DNA of 64,000 bases from assembly GCA_963835065.1 (NCBI GenBank), contig CAWIEK010000016.1, forward strand, positions 1 through 64,000, read 5' to 3'. How positions within the stretch are numbered: position 1 is the stretch's first letter; every line of letters starts with the position of its first letter. Under the pieces are notes generated by a model. It had not been told where the DNA came from. It was given only the letters and a program-made list of their open reading frames with translations, and did not search any database. The DNA comes from an uncultured Chthonomonadaceae bacterium (GTDB lineage Bacteria; Armatimonadota; Chthonomonadetes; Chthonomonadales; Chthonomonadaceae). Both the position numbers and the translations under genes were made by a program. Positions 1-9,674 of this stretch are shown in pieces.

Positions 1-552
1 GGTGAAGGTGTAGGAAAGGTCATCGCCCCAATGCACGCTCACGTTGCTTGACAGCCCGAACCCGCCGCCGCTGACCAGGTAGAGGTCGTAGCTGTGCGTC
101 CACTTCTGCCCCACTTCGCCGTTGTGCGTGGACTGGCTGTTGTGGTAGAGCGTGAACTCGACGGGAAAGCCGCCGCGTTGTGTCCAGCCGACAAGGGGAA
201 CACTGGTGAGTTTGTTGCCGTTGCCGGTGTTGGTTCCGGCGACGTTGCCTTCCCAGGGGAACGTGGAACCGGAGGCGAAACTCACCGATGTGGGATGAAA
301 GCCGCCTTGTGCCCCCACCATCTGCCGCATTTCTGCCACAGACAACGCGCGAACGCCAACCCGCTTCACCGGGGCAGGGTGCGCCAGCACTTGCGCAGGC
401 GTGGCAAGCAGCGCCATCCATGCGAAGACAAGCGACATAAGCAGGGCAGTGCGCCGCAGCCAGAGGGGAGAGCGGGGCGGCGAAGAAGCCTTGCGCCTTA
501 CGAAGTGGTCGGCACAAAGGTTGTGCCGCCCTGTTGACGAAGAACCTGTCAT
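1..552 (-). CDS. N-terminus of an RHS/YD-repeat-type secreted protein (DUF6531-like region); runs off the window start
   Basis: Absent from the ORF track because it has no stop in the window. ATG at 552 with SD AGGAGAAAGGAAGG; reads MTGSS...LRRTALLMSLVFAWMALLATPAQVLA (signal peptide)...NTGNGNKLTSVPLVGWTQRGGFPVEFTLYHNSQ...GQKWTHSYD, the typical pre-RHS N-terminal motif. Confidence 0.8.
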   Translation of the reverse strand, partial: MTGSSSTGRHNLCADHFVRRKASSPPRSPLWLRRTALLMSLVFAWMALLATPAQVLAHPAPVKRVGVRALSVAEMRQMVGAQGGFHPTSVSFASGSTFPWEGNVAGTNTGNGNKLTSVPLVGWTQRGGFPVEFTLYHNSQSTHNGEVGQKWTHSYDLYLVSGGGFGLSSNVSVHWGDDLSYTFT

Positions 553-647
553 GAGTCCTTCCTTTCTCCTGTCGTCGTGACAGGAAAGGAACCTGCGGAA
601 CACGCCGCAGATGAACGGGGACAACGACCAACAGTGCCGTTGCCGGG

Positions 648-676
648 TTGACAGGCCGGAAGCGCTCAGGTACAAT
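648..676 (+). promoter_or_regulatory. sigma70-type promoter TTGACA-N17-TACAAT
   Basis: TTGACA 648-653, 17-nt spacer, TACAAT 671-676. Confidence 0.6.
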
Positions 677-701
677 CTTGGTTGAGCCTTCGGGCCATAA
701 G

Positions 702-756
702 GCCGCTTCCTCTCCTCCTTATTCTTGACGGGAGGGGGAGGAGAGGGCGGTTTGTT
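702..756 (+). terminator. GC-rich hairpin with a short U tail
   Basis: gccgcttcctctcctcc...gggagggggaggagagggcggtttgtt. Confidence 0.5.
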
Positions 757-804
757 GACTTCGATTACAATGCCGAAGCCACATCGGTATAACTCAGAAC
801 AAAT

Positions 805-1597
805 CTACTTGCGAAATAAGCACTGCAGAAGCAGGTAGCCACTGCAAAGCCTCAGAAGCCGCTCTTGGGAAATGGTTTCTTCCTGCGCGTGGTTGGGATC
901 GTGAATACGGACGGTTCCGCTTTCTCCCCTGCCCTGCATCTCCTCAACAAGTACAAAATGATTGCTGTTGACGTAAGCCAACGCGGGCATGTCCACGTCC
1001 GGCAAGGCTTCGCGGCTGACCTGCACTCCTTCTGCCTGCAACCCTACCGCTTTCGCCGCCTGCGCCAAGTCCTTCCACACTGCTGCCCTGCTCCGTCGTG
1101 CCTGCAAGCTGTCGTAGCTGCGGCAGGGTTGCCTTACACGCCAACTGTTCACACGCCAGCAACAGGGCGCGTGGACCACAATCGGCGTTGGTGGCTGGTG
1201 GCTGGTGACTGGTGATTGGAGTTGCTGTTCTCTGTTGCCTGTTTCCTGTTCCCTTGCTCACCGGCAGTCCGGCGTCTTTGAGGCACAGGTCGCGTTGTTC
1301 TTCCACAAAGGCAAGCTGTTCGGGTGTCAGGGAAGAAGACGCGGCGAGTTGGGAAAGAAGGTGAGCGGCGGAACGGAAGTCACGAAGTTTGCAGGCTTGC
1401 TGCGCTTGTCGGTACAGGGGAAGAGACTGCACGACTGCAAGGGCATTTTGCTGTGAGGACGTGACGAGCGCGGCAGGCGTGGTGCGGCGTGGAGACGCGG
1501 CGTTTGTAGCGGAGGCAGGCGCAGGAGCCGTTCGGGAGCAGCCGACAAGCAGGGGCAGTCCGCAAAGCAGAGCCGGGAACCAAGCGTAACGAGGCAT
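805..1597 (-). CDS. C39 family peptidase, predicted lipoprotein (frameshift near 1066, probably an assembly indel)
   Basis: MPRYAW...LLVGC lipobox; catalytic motifs DCGPRAL (Cys), NHFVLV (His), HDPN (Asp) are split over ORFs 944..1729 and 805..1179; removing one G gives ...SVEGLAQAAKAVGL... Confidence 0.8.
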
Positions 1598-1981
1598 TGT
1601 ACGAACAGGATAACCGACCATGCACCACCGTGACTTTCCTAACGACACACGGGTGAACAAAGCAAGCAAACACAATCCTGATGAACAACAAGGCGGCAAA
1701 ACAGCGAATGGATGATTTTGGAATTGCAATCAGGAAGCGTCCTGCGTTGGTGCAAAAGCGGCTTCGAGGATGATAGGTACGGCGAACAGCAAGGATACGC
1801 CGAAAGTAGTACAAACGCGAACAACTTGTAGAATGTAGCACGGCCTCGCTGCTTTGTCAAGGCCGTTTATAAAAAATTTCCTGCGTTTTTGCTGCCTATC
1901 CCCGCGTTCTTTTGTGAAGACCCAAGTTTGGTTCAATCTCCTTCAGAAAAAACAGGCTTCGCGTAGGCTTGCAATCCGGGC

Positions 1982-2782
1982 TTACAGGCGGAAGAGGCTG
2001 TCGCTGAGGCCGATGTTGACGCGGGTTTTGCTGTAGGCGGTTTCGCCCGCTTTCTGGTTCTCGTTGTTGTAGAGTTCGATGCGCGTGGGGAAATACACGC
2101 CGGGGGCGACTTCCTGCGGATCGCGGTACAGCCACACGTCGCGCAGCTTGCCGCCCCGCGTGTCCTGCAGGTACTCCTCGCGCTTGAGCGTGAGCTTGGT
2201 TTTGGGGTCTATCCAGACGATGCGGTGGGACGTGTCGAGGCTGCGGTCTTTGAAGGTGATTTTGAACACGGCGCACGGGATGCCCTCAAACGTTCGCTCG
2301 CCGATAAACTCCCCCTGCGCATACGTGAGATAGTAATGTGAGATCAGGCCCACGTCGAGCAGGCTTTTGCGCTTGCCGGGAGCCGCGCCCAAATCTTCGT
2401 TCTTTTTGATGCCGAGCGACAGGCGGACGCTCTGCTTGTTGTCGTTGATAATCAGGCTGGCATGGTTCGCGCCGATCACGCCATCGGCGCGAAACTTGTT
2501 TTCTTCCTTGTAGCGGATGTGGACGTTGCTTTTCAGTTGGTAGATCAGCCCCGCGTCCCGGTCAATCTTGCGGGCGGCGTTATCGTCGTGGAAGGTCGCC
2601 TTCATTTCCGTCTCGAAGTCTTCCAATTTGGAAACTTCGTAATCGCTGAGTTTACTGCTCAAAGGCGCGCGGGGCGCGGCAAAGGCCATCGTATCACGGC
2701 GCGGCGCGATCAGCCCGCTTCCCAACAGGGCGAACACTCCCGCCAAAACGCCCAACCGGGCCGAACGCATTGTTACCGACAT
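1982..2782 (-). CDS. Secreted LolA-like / outer-membrane lipoprotein-sorting-fold protein
   Basis: Signal peptide; WIDPKTKLTLKREEY...YFPTRIELYN...VNIGLSDSLF C-terminus typical of the LolA-like family. Confidence 0.7.
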   Translation of the reverse strand: MSVTMRSARLGVLAGVFALLGSGLIAPRRDTMAFAAPRAPLSSKLSDYEVSKLEDFETEMKATFHDDNAARKIDRDAGLIYQLKSNVHIRYKEENKFRADGVIGANHASLIINDNKQSVRLSLGIKKNEDLGAAPGKRKSLLDVGLISHYYLTYAQGEFIGERTFEGIPCAVFKITFKDRSLDTSHRIVWIDPKTKLTLKREEYLQDTRGGKLRDVWLYRDPQEVAPGVYFPTRIELYNNENQKAGETAYSKTRVNIGLSDSLFRL

Positions 2783-2890
2783 AGCAAAACCTTGAAAAAC
2801 CTTTCCTGTAAAATCCTGGATCACGGCTATAAGTCTACGGTTATAGACTGCCTTATTTCCCGCTTGTTACCATTAGTTGCGCCTGCGTGT

Positions 2891-3724
2891 TTAGCCTGTC
2901 CAGCTTGGGTTCGGCCACGGCGCTATCCATGTATACGCTTGCCAATCCGGCCATGCTGCCTTGATTTCTCGGAGCAGCCAGTCGCCGGCAATTGTGGTGG
3001 AGTTTTCGTGCGTGGCGTATAGAAGCCAATCCAACTCGTCCGTACACCAGTACCGCTCCGGCCATGCGCTGGTCGGCTTCCAAAGCGACAGTTCCATCTC
3101 CCGGTCCGGTTCTCTGCCAAATTCCCAAAGTTCATAAACGCGCGGAATGTCCCTTCGGGCGAGTATCTGTTGCAGGGCGGCATACCCCAACTGATCGCGG
3201 ACGGCGCGGGAGTCCAGCACAATCAACTCATAAGGAAACTCGTACTTCTCGAACGGAACCCACCACTGCCCGTAATCCCCCAACGTTCCCGCAGTGTTGC
3301 CATAAGATGCTGACTTTCCTCCGGCAGCAGGGTGCGCCGATAGGGAAGCGGCTCGACGCGCCAGTGTTTCCAATCCTTTTGCGCGACGAATTGGCGCAGG
3401 CTGTCGGTAAAAAGATCGCGCTCTGCCTGCATCGCGGGCAGATAGGGAGGCTTTTGCCATGACTTCTGCGCGGTAAATTGGTTTTGCGCCGAACTGCGCG
3501 GTTTCCATCAGCCGCGCCGCCGCGTGTCCGCGTGAACGGAAATCAGCGGGTGTCAGGCGCTCCACTTCCACAAGGATGGCCTGTAGGACGAGGCGGCGGC
3601 AGCCATACGTAACGTCCTTGTCCGCGCCTGCCGCTTTTGCCTGATCGTACTCCTGTTTGAGCGCGGCGAGACGGTTCAGGCAGCAGTGGCGGGCAAAGGT
3701 GTGAACGGCTTCAATGGGTTTCAT
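2891..3724 (-). CDS. Hypothetical protein (probably two compensating indels near 3435 and 3268)
   Basis: 277-aa ORF; alternative frame 3223..3432 (EPLPYRRTL...LRERWGI) looks like the true middle; C-terminus YWCTDELDWLLYATHENSTTIAGDWL. Confidence 0.6.
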   Translation of the reverse strand: MKPIEAVHTFARHCCLNRLAALKQEYDQAKAAGADKDVTYGCRRLVLQAILVEVERLTPADFRSRGHAAARLMETAQFGAKPIYRAEVMAKASLSARDAGRARSFYRQPAPIRRAKGLETLARRAASLSAHPAAGGKSASYGNTAGTLGDYGQWWVPFEKYEFPYELIVLDSRAVRDQLGYAALQQILARRDIPRVYELWEFGREPDREMELSLWKPTSAWPERYWCTDELDWLLYATHENSTTIAGDWLLREIKAAWPDWQAYTWIAPWPNPSWTG

Positions 3725-3766
3725 GGGAGTGTGATGTTGGTATAATGAGGGTGGATGTGGAGAGGC

Positions 3767-4104
3767 AAAAAAAGAGAGGGTAAGTTTGGCGACTTAGCCC
3801 TCTCTGTTCAACTCTTCGCGTATGCGCGGTACGGTTCAGGCGCGCATACCGCGTAAGGACATTCGCGTCTCACCGCGATGTATCCCTGTGGCAGCGCCGT
3901 AAGGAGAAGATATGGAAACGATCTTCCATGTCCTGGGCATCGTGTATTACACGATGGCGATTACTCACCTTGTCTCTGACTACATCCAGAAGAACAAGGC
4001 TAAAGAGTAGGCCCTAGCCCGCAGCCCCGTCAGGAACTCTACTTCTTGGCGGGGTTTGTCTCAACCTGAGATATCCGCATACGCACAAGAACTTGCGTTC
4101 TTAC
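3767..4104 (-). ncRNA. Putative antisense RNA spanning the peptide ORF (candidate antitoxin)
   Basis: Minus-strand extended -10 TGATATAAT (4119-4111); minus-strand hairpin plus U7 terminator at 3805-3767; both conserved in copy 2. Confidence 0.55.
3912..4010 (+). CDS. 32-aa hydrophobic peptide METIFHVLGIVYYTMAITHLVSDYIQKNKAKE (putative type I toxin)
   Basis: SD AAGGAG upstream; the second copy differs by 4 synonymous changes and one D>E. Confidence 0.75.
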   Translation: METIFHVLGIVYYTMAITHLVSDYIQKNKAKE

Positions 4105-4181
4105 AGTGTTATTATATCACAAAATGGTCATTTCTGGAGGCAGGAAACGAGCAGAACCGTTTAATTTTTCGCAAACATCTC

Positions 4182-5718
4182 TTAAACGCTTCGACGCCGG
4201 AGTACCTGACCGGGATGCGCCCCCGTGATTTTGTTGTTGTCCAGCACGGGCGTTCCGTTCACCAGCACGTAGGGCAAGCCGACGGGCGGGGAAGCGGGAT
4301 TTGAGATGGTGGCGGTGTCCTGAACGGCCTGCGGGTCGAACAGCACAATGTCCGCTTTCTTGCCCGGCGCAATCTGGCCGCGATCCGCAAACCCCATGCG
4401 CTTGGCGGCAAGCAGCGTCATTTTGTGGATGGCCTGCTCCATTGTCAGGATTTTGCGTTCGCGGACGTACACGGCAAGGATGCGGGGGAAACTGCCCGCG
4501 CCGCGTGGATGCGTGGGGCGCAGCGAGCCATCCGTGCAGAACATCAGGCGCGGGCTGGCGACAAACTTATCCAAATCCCCTTCCGTCATGGCCGTCACAA
4601 CAACGCTTTCCCGCCCCGTCGCGCCCTCGCCATGCGTTTTCTGTACGATCTCCTGAATGATGGACACGGCATCCCGGCCCGTTGACTGCGCAATGTCGGC
4701 AATGGTCTTGTCTTTCCACATCGGGTCGGGCGTGTACTCGGTCAGGCGAACGTGTTCCGGCCCGCCCACTTCCGCCAATCCCTGCTGCCAGAGCGCGCGG
4801 TTGTTCCAGTCGCGGGAGGGGATCAAGACGGTAATAGTGGACTGCCAGTAGAGATACGGGTACACGTCCGCGCTGATGTCCAGCCCCTCCCGGTTCGCGT
4901 TTTCGATGCGCTGGAGAACGGCAGTGCGCATGGCCCCAACTCGGCGCGGTATCCAGCTTGATATGCGAGATTTGCGCGGGCAATTTGGCGCGGCGGGCGA
5001 TAGTAATCAGTTCCTCAAACGATTCTTCCGCCTTGTCGCCTTCGTCGCGCACATGGCTGATGTACAAGCCGCCATGCCGTCCCGCGATTTCCGAACAGGC
5101 AACAAGTTCGTCCGTCGTGGCGTAAAACCCCGGATCGTATTCCAGCCCCGTAGACAGTCCCAAGCCGCCCGCTTCCATTTCCTGCGCAACAAGCGAGCGC
5201 ATCTTTTCCAGTTCGCTGCTCGTGACCGGGCGCTTGTAATCGGTTCCCGTCGCCGCGCCGCGCACCGTGCCATGCCCGACGAAACTGGCGATGTTGAGCG
5301 CAACGTGTTTGGCTTCCAATTGCGCGAACCAGTCTTTGAGGGGCAGATGCGAACTTCCGTCCTGCCCGACAACGGATGTGGTAATGCCCTGCCGAATGTG
5401 GGTTTCCGCGTCGGGGTTTTCCAATAGCCCGCCGTCCACATGGCTGTGCGTATCTATGAAGCCCGGAGCCACGATCAGCCCCGTCGCGTCAATCACGCGC
5501 TCGTCCTTGCGCGGTTTGAATTTGCCGATACCCGCTATCCGCTCGCCCACAATGCGAACGTCCGCCCTGCGACCCGGCTTGCCCGTTCCATCCACAACCG
5601 TTCCGCCCGTAATCAGCAGCCGATTGGACGCGGGTTCCACCGCCCAACTGTCAGCCGAAAGCCCCAACACGCCCCCTGCTGCCACGACCCGCAAAAACTC
5701 ACCGCGCGATAAACTCAT
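4182..5718 (-). CDS. N-acyl-D-amino-acid deacylase (amidohydrolase family); frameshift near 4935
   Basis: VAPGFIDTHSH, GLSTGLEYDPG, SHVRDEG, ISHIK, DVYPY, HPRGAGSFPR, IAPGKKADIVLFD; Tat-like MSLSRGEFL N-terminus. Confidence 0.9.
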
Positions 5719-5859
5719 TTGTTGTTTTCTCCCTCTCTTGCCGCGCACACCTGCTGTTCAGGCTGCAAAGGAACTTTATGGTTCCATAGCGAAATGTCTG
5801 TCAACTCCGCTCTGGTTTGTATGCAGGTATACGCTACAGGAATGGCCGAGATTGCCGAA

Positions 5860-6001
5860 GTTTAGGCGATGGGCTGAACCCCTTCGCTGTATGGCCTGCG
5901 GCCCAGTGTCCTTCGGACACAACTTTGTAGACAGGGAATCTCTGTCCGAAGGACAGTCGGCGGAACGCCATCAAGCGAAGGGTTCAGTCCATCGCCTAAA
6001 C
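5860..6001. repeat. REP-like nested palindrome
   Basis: Terminal inverted repeat gtttaggcgatgggctgaaccc / gggttcagtccatcgcctaaac with inner tgtccttcggaca / tgtccgaaggaca. Confidence 0.75.
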
Positions 6002-6144
6002 CTGAAGGGAATAAAGAACCATCGAAAGTTTTCGTTTACTTTCGGGTATTATCTATTTAGCGCTATTAGAGTGGCAAGTGTTTGCGTTTGAGCGCGAATG
6101 GAAGAGCGAACAACGTTGCAACGAATGTCAGAGGAGACAAGAGA

Positions 6145-8383
6145 ATGGAATTGAAATATCTGAAAGATTTGTGGAACGACGCGGATACGGCGGGCATGGA
6201 CGAGCCGGAATTGCTGCGTTATCGCTCCAATTTGCTCGGCAGCGACAAGCGGCTGACCAATTTTGGCGGCGGCAATACGAGCGCGAAAATCCCGATGCAG
6301 GACCCGGTGACGGGCGAAACCGTTGATGTGCTGTGGGTGAAAGGCAGCGGGGGCGATCTGGGAACCATCAAGCGCGACGGATTTGCCACCCTGTATATGG
6401 ATCGGCTCAATGCGCTGAAAAAGCAGTACAAAGGCGTCGCGTTTGAAGATGAAATCCCGGATATGTACCCGCTTTGCACCTTCGGCCTGAACCCCCGCGC
6501 CGCCAGCATTGACACGCCCCTGCACGGCTTTCTGCCCTTTGCGCACGTAGACCACCTGCATCCCGATTGGGCGATTGCCATTGCCGCCTGCTGCAACGGC
6601 CCGGAACTGCTTGCCACGCTTGCGGAAGAAACGGGCATCAAACTGGTGTGGCTGCAGTGGAAGCGCCCCGGCTTTGAACTCGGCCTGTGGCTGCAAAAAG
6701 CCGTAGAGCAAAACCCCGATATTGACGGCATCCTGCTCGGCAGTCACGGCCTGTTCACATGGGGCAACACAGGACGGGAAAGCTATCTGAATACCCTGCG
6801 CGTGATTGACGGCATCGGGCAGTTCGTCTTAAAGCGCGTGGAAGCGGACGGCGAACAGACGTTCGGCGGGCAAAAATATGCGACGCGCCCGGATGCCCGC
6901 GAACTTGCCGCCAGAGTGATGCCTGCCCTGCGCGGACAGGTCGGCCCCAACTTAGGCCACTTCGACAACAGCCCGGACGTGCTGCAATTCATCAACAGCC
7001 ATCGGGGCAAGGCGCTGGCGTATCAGGGCACAAGCTGCCCGGATCACTTCGTCCGCACCAAAGTACGCCCGCTGTATGTGGAGTGGGACGCGCAAAACGG
7101 CAATGCGGAAGACATTTTAAGCGCCATCAAAACGGGACTGGCGCAGTACCGCCAAGATTACGCCGACTATTACGAAACCAACCGGGAAGCCAACTCGCCC
7201 GCCCTGCGCAATTCCAACCCGACCGTTGTACTGGTTCCGGGTGTCGGCATGTTCAGCTTCGGGCGCAATAAAGCCGAAGCCCGCATTACCGGCGAGTTCT
7301 ACACCAACGCCATTCATGTAATGCAGGGAGCGACGGCGCTGCAGGAGAAGGGAGTAAGGGAGTAGGGAGTTAGGGGTAGGAACACCCCACACCCTACTCC
7401 CTACTCCCGCAACAGTGTTCGTTGGCGATGTGGAACTGCCCGCTGACCGGGTAGTGGACAACTATGTGGCGCTGACGCCCAAAGAAGCGTTTGGGATCGA
7501 ATACTGGCTGCTGGAAGAAGCGAAATTGCAGCGGATGCCGCCGGAAAAGGAACTGAGCCGCAAGGTGGCGCTGGTGCTGGGCGCGGGGCCGGGGATCGGG
7601 CAGGCGGTCGGGGAGCGATTGGCGAAAGAGGGAGCGCATGTCGTGCTGGCCGACATCAACCCCGCCAACGCCGAAGAAACCGCAAGCGCGGTGCAGAAGA
7701 AGTACGGCAAGGAAACGGCGCAGGGCGAAACCGTAGACGCCACGAACCGCGAAAGCCTGCGGCAGATGCTCGACAACGTGAGTTTGCGCTACGGCGGCGT
7801 GGATATTCTGGTCATGGTGGCCGCTGTGTTCATCGCGCCGGACGCGGCAACGGGGCGTAACACGGATGAGCAGTGGAGCAAAACGTTTCAGGTGAACGTG
7901 TTAGGCTCGTACATGGCGGTAGACGAGGTGCAGAAAATCATGGCGGCGCAGGGCACGACGGCCAGTATCGTGCTGATCAGCAGCGCCAACGCGGTTGTGT
8001 CCAAGAAGGGCAGTCTGGCGTATGACACCAGCAAGGCGGCGGTCAATCACCTTGCCCGCGAACTGGCGATTGAGTACGCGCCCAAAATCCGGGTCAACGC
8101 TATTGCGCCCGCAAGCGTCGTGGAAGGCTCGCAGATGTTTCCCCGCGACCGCGTGATCGCCAGCCTGACCAAGTACAACATCGGCTTCGCGGAAAGCGAA
8201 ACGACGGAAGCCTTGCGCGACAAACTTGCCGATTTTTACGCCAGCCGCACCCTGCTCAAAATTCCCGTCACGCCCGCCGCCATCGCCGAAGCCGCGTACC
8301 TCGCCGCCAGTCCGCGCCTTTCCCTGACGACGGGACAGGTGATTCCCGTAGACAGCGGCCTGCCTGAAGCCTTTCTGCGGTAA
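6145..8383 (+). CDS. rhaD: Bifunctional rhamnulose-1-phosphate aldolase / short-chain dehydrogenase (one-base frameshift near 7357)
   Basis: RSNLLGSD..TNFGGGNTSAK, WVKGSGGDL, SIDTPLH, DHLHPD, GTSCPDHF, IEYWLLEEAKLQRMP, SDR motif YDTSK. Confidence 0.9.
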
Positions 8384-8471
8384 CCTATTCCTTCAGGCGT
8401 GAGTAAACCTCCTTACTGATTTATGCGAAAATGAAACGCGCAGAACGGTAAGGAGGTATAAGGAGAATGAA

Positions 8472-8672
8472 ATGCCATCACAGCGAGATGTTATGCGAAC
8501 GTTGGTAACTCGTTTCGGCTGGAATGAGACTCGCGTTGTTGAGGAGTATGCCGATATGGAAAGGCGAGGTGAGGTCACGCGCATAAGCAACGATGATTAA
8601 ATAACGCCTGAACAATACGCGCGAATTATGTGGAACGACGGAGTGCGCAAAGGGTGGCTGAGAAGGTCGTAG
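8472..8672 (+). pseudogene. Small hypothetical gene with an internal TAA (8598-8600)
   Basis: SD AGGAG; MPSQRDVMRTLV...EEYADMERRGEV...*ITPEQYARIMWNDGVRKGWL stays in frame across the stop. Confidence 0.5.
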
Positions 8673-8693
8673 AAAGAAAACGGAGGCAGAACA

Positions 8694-8906
8694 ATGGCAG
8701 ACATGACATATATGCAAATCACGCCGCAGACAGATGCAGAGTACGAAGCGGCCATCGAGCAAATGTTAAGCGAAATGAAGCATTTACGTACGGTGATGGA
8801 TAGCGATCAGGCGGAGATTGACCGGCTGAAAGTGGAAACTCAGGCTCTAAAAGCGGAAACGCGGGCTATGCTGACCAATTTGAAGGGAATGGTGCAGTCA
8901 TGCTGA
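8694..8906 (+). CDS. Small coiled-coil hypothetical protein
   Basis: SD GGAGG; 70 aa with a heptad pattern. Confidence 0.65.
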   Translation: MADMTYMQITPQTDAEYEAAIEQMLSEMKHLRTVMDSDQAEIDRLKVETQALKAETRAMLTNLKGMVQSC

Positions 8907-8955
8907 AGCCTGCCTTCGACTTCGGCAATAAACAGCATAATTTGGGAGAATAAAC

Positions 8956-9597
8956 ATGGCGAATCTGTTACTGGAATGTGAAACCGAACAAAGCATTGAG
9001 GCGCGGACTGTCCACGTTGGCGAACAGGCCATTCCGTTCGAGCGTTTTCTGGACATGGCGGAGGACCGATTCGTCGAACTCGTCAATGGCGTGATTGTGG
9101 AGAAACCAACGATACAACTGGATCATGAACGCTGTTTGCGCTGGCTCTATCAGGTAGCGGGACTCTACGCGACGAAACGTGGATTGGGCGAGATGTTGAG
9201 TTCGCGCATCATGGTCAAGACGGAAACCTTTGGCGGCAGAATGCCCGATTTGCTGTTCGTGAGGCAGGAAAACATCGCCATTGTGCAGCAAAAAGCCGTG
9301 CGTGGTACGCCGGATTTGGTGATTGAGATCGCATCGCCGAGCGACCGTCCCTCACATTTGCAAGAACTGGAAGCCGACTATTACTTGCTCGGCGTCCCGG
9401 AGTTAGTTTTTATCCATCTGAGCAAGCAGGAAATTCATCTGTTACGTCGCGGCGACACGGGTTACGCCAAAACAGTAATTACAGAGGGGCCGGTGACATT
9501 CGAGGCGTTACCCGGCCTGACTTTAGAGGCCGAATGGATACTGCGCGAACCCCGCCCCGATGGACTTGATACCCTCAACGCGCTGTTTCCACGATGA
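8956..9597 (+). CDS. Uma2 family (DUF820) endonuclease-like protein
   Basis: VELVNGVIV, RMPDLLFV, PDLVIEIASPS, YYLLGVPE. Confidence 0.9.
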   Translation: MANLLLECETEQSIEARTVHVGEQAIPFERFLDMAEDRFVELVNGVIVEKPTIQLDHERCLRWLYQVAGLYATKRGLGEMLSSRIMVKTETFGGRMPDLLFVRQENIAIVQQKAVRGTPDLVIEIASPSDRPSHLQELEADYYLLGVPELVFIHLSKQEIHLLRRGDTGYAKTVITEGPVTFEALPGLTLEAEWILREPRPDGLDTLNALFPR

Positions 9598-9674
9598 CAT
9601 GGATGCCGCCTGGCCTTTTGCCATTTACACTCGTATTACGTTCCCGCCGCCGCAGGCCGAAGAAGTACGAAACC

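Larger units (their letters stand above)
3738..4124. repeat. Structured repeat element, copy 1 (candidate type I toxin-antitoxin locus)
   Basis: Highly similar to 45413-45800; contains convergent -10 boxes, four hairpins and a 32-codon ORF. Confidence 0.85.

Noticed and set aside
20..631. Track ORFs 20..631 (-) and 94..537 (+)
   Set aside because: Alternative frames of the RHS-type gene that starts at 552 and exits the window
765..793. Second + strand promoter-like TTACAA-N17-TATAAC
   Set aside because: Weak match, no downstream + strand gene or terminator identified
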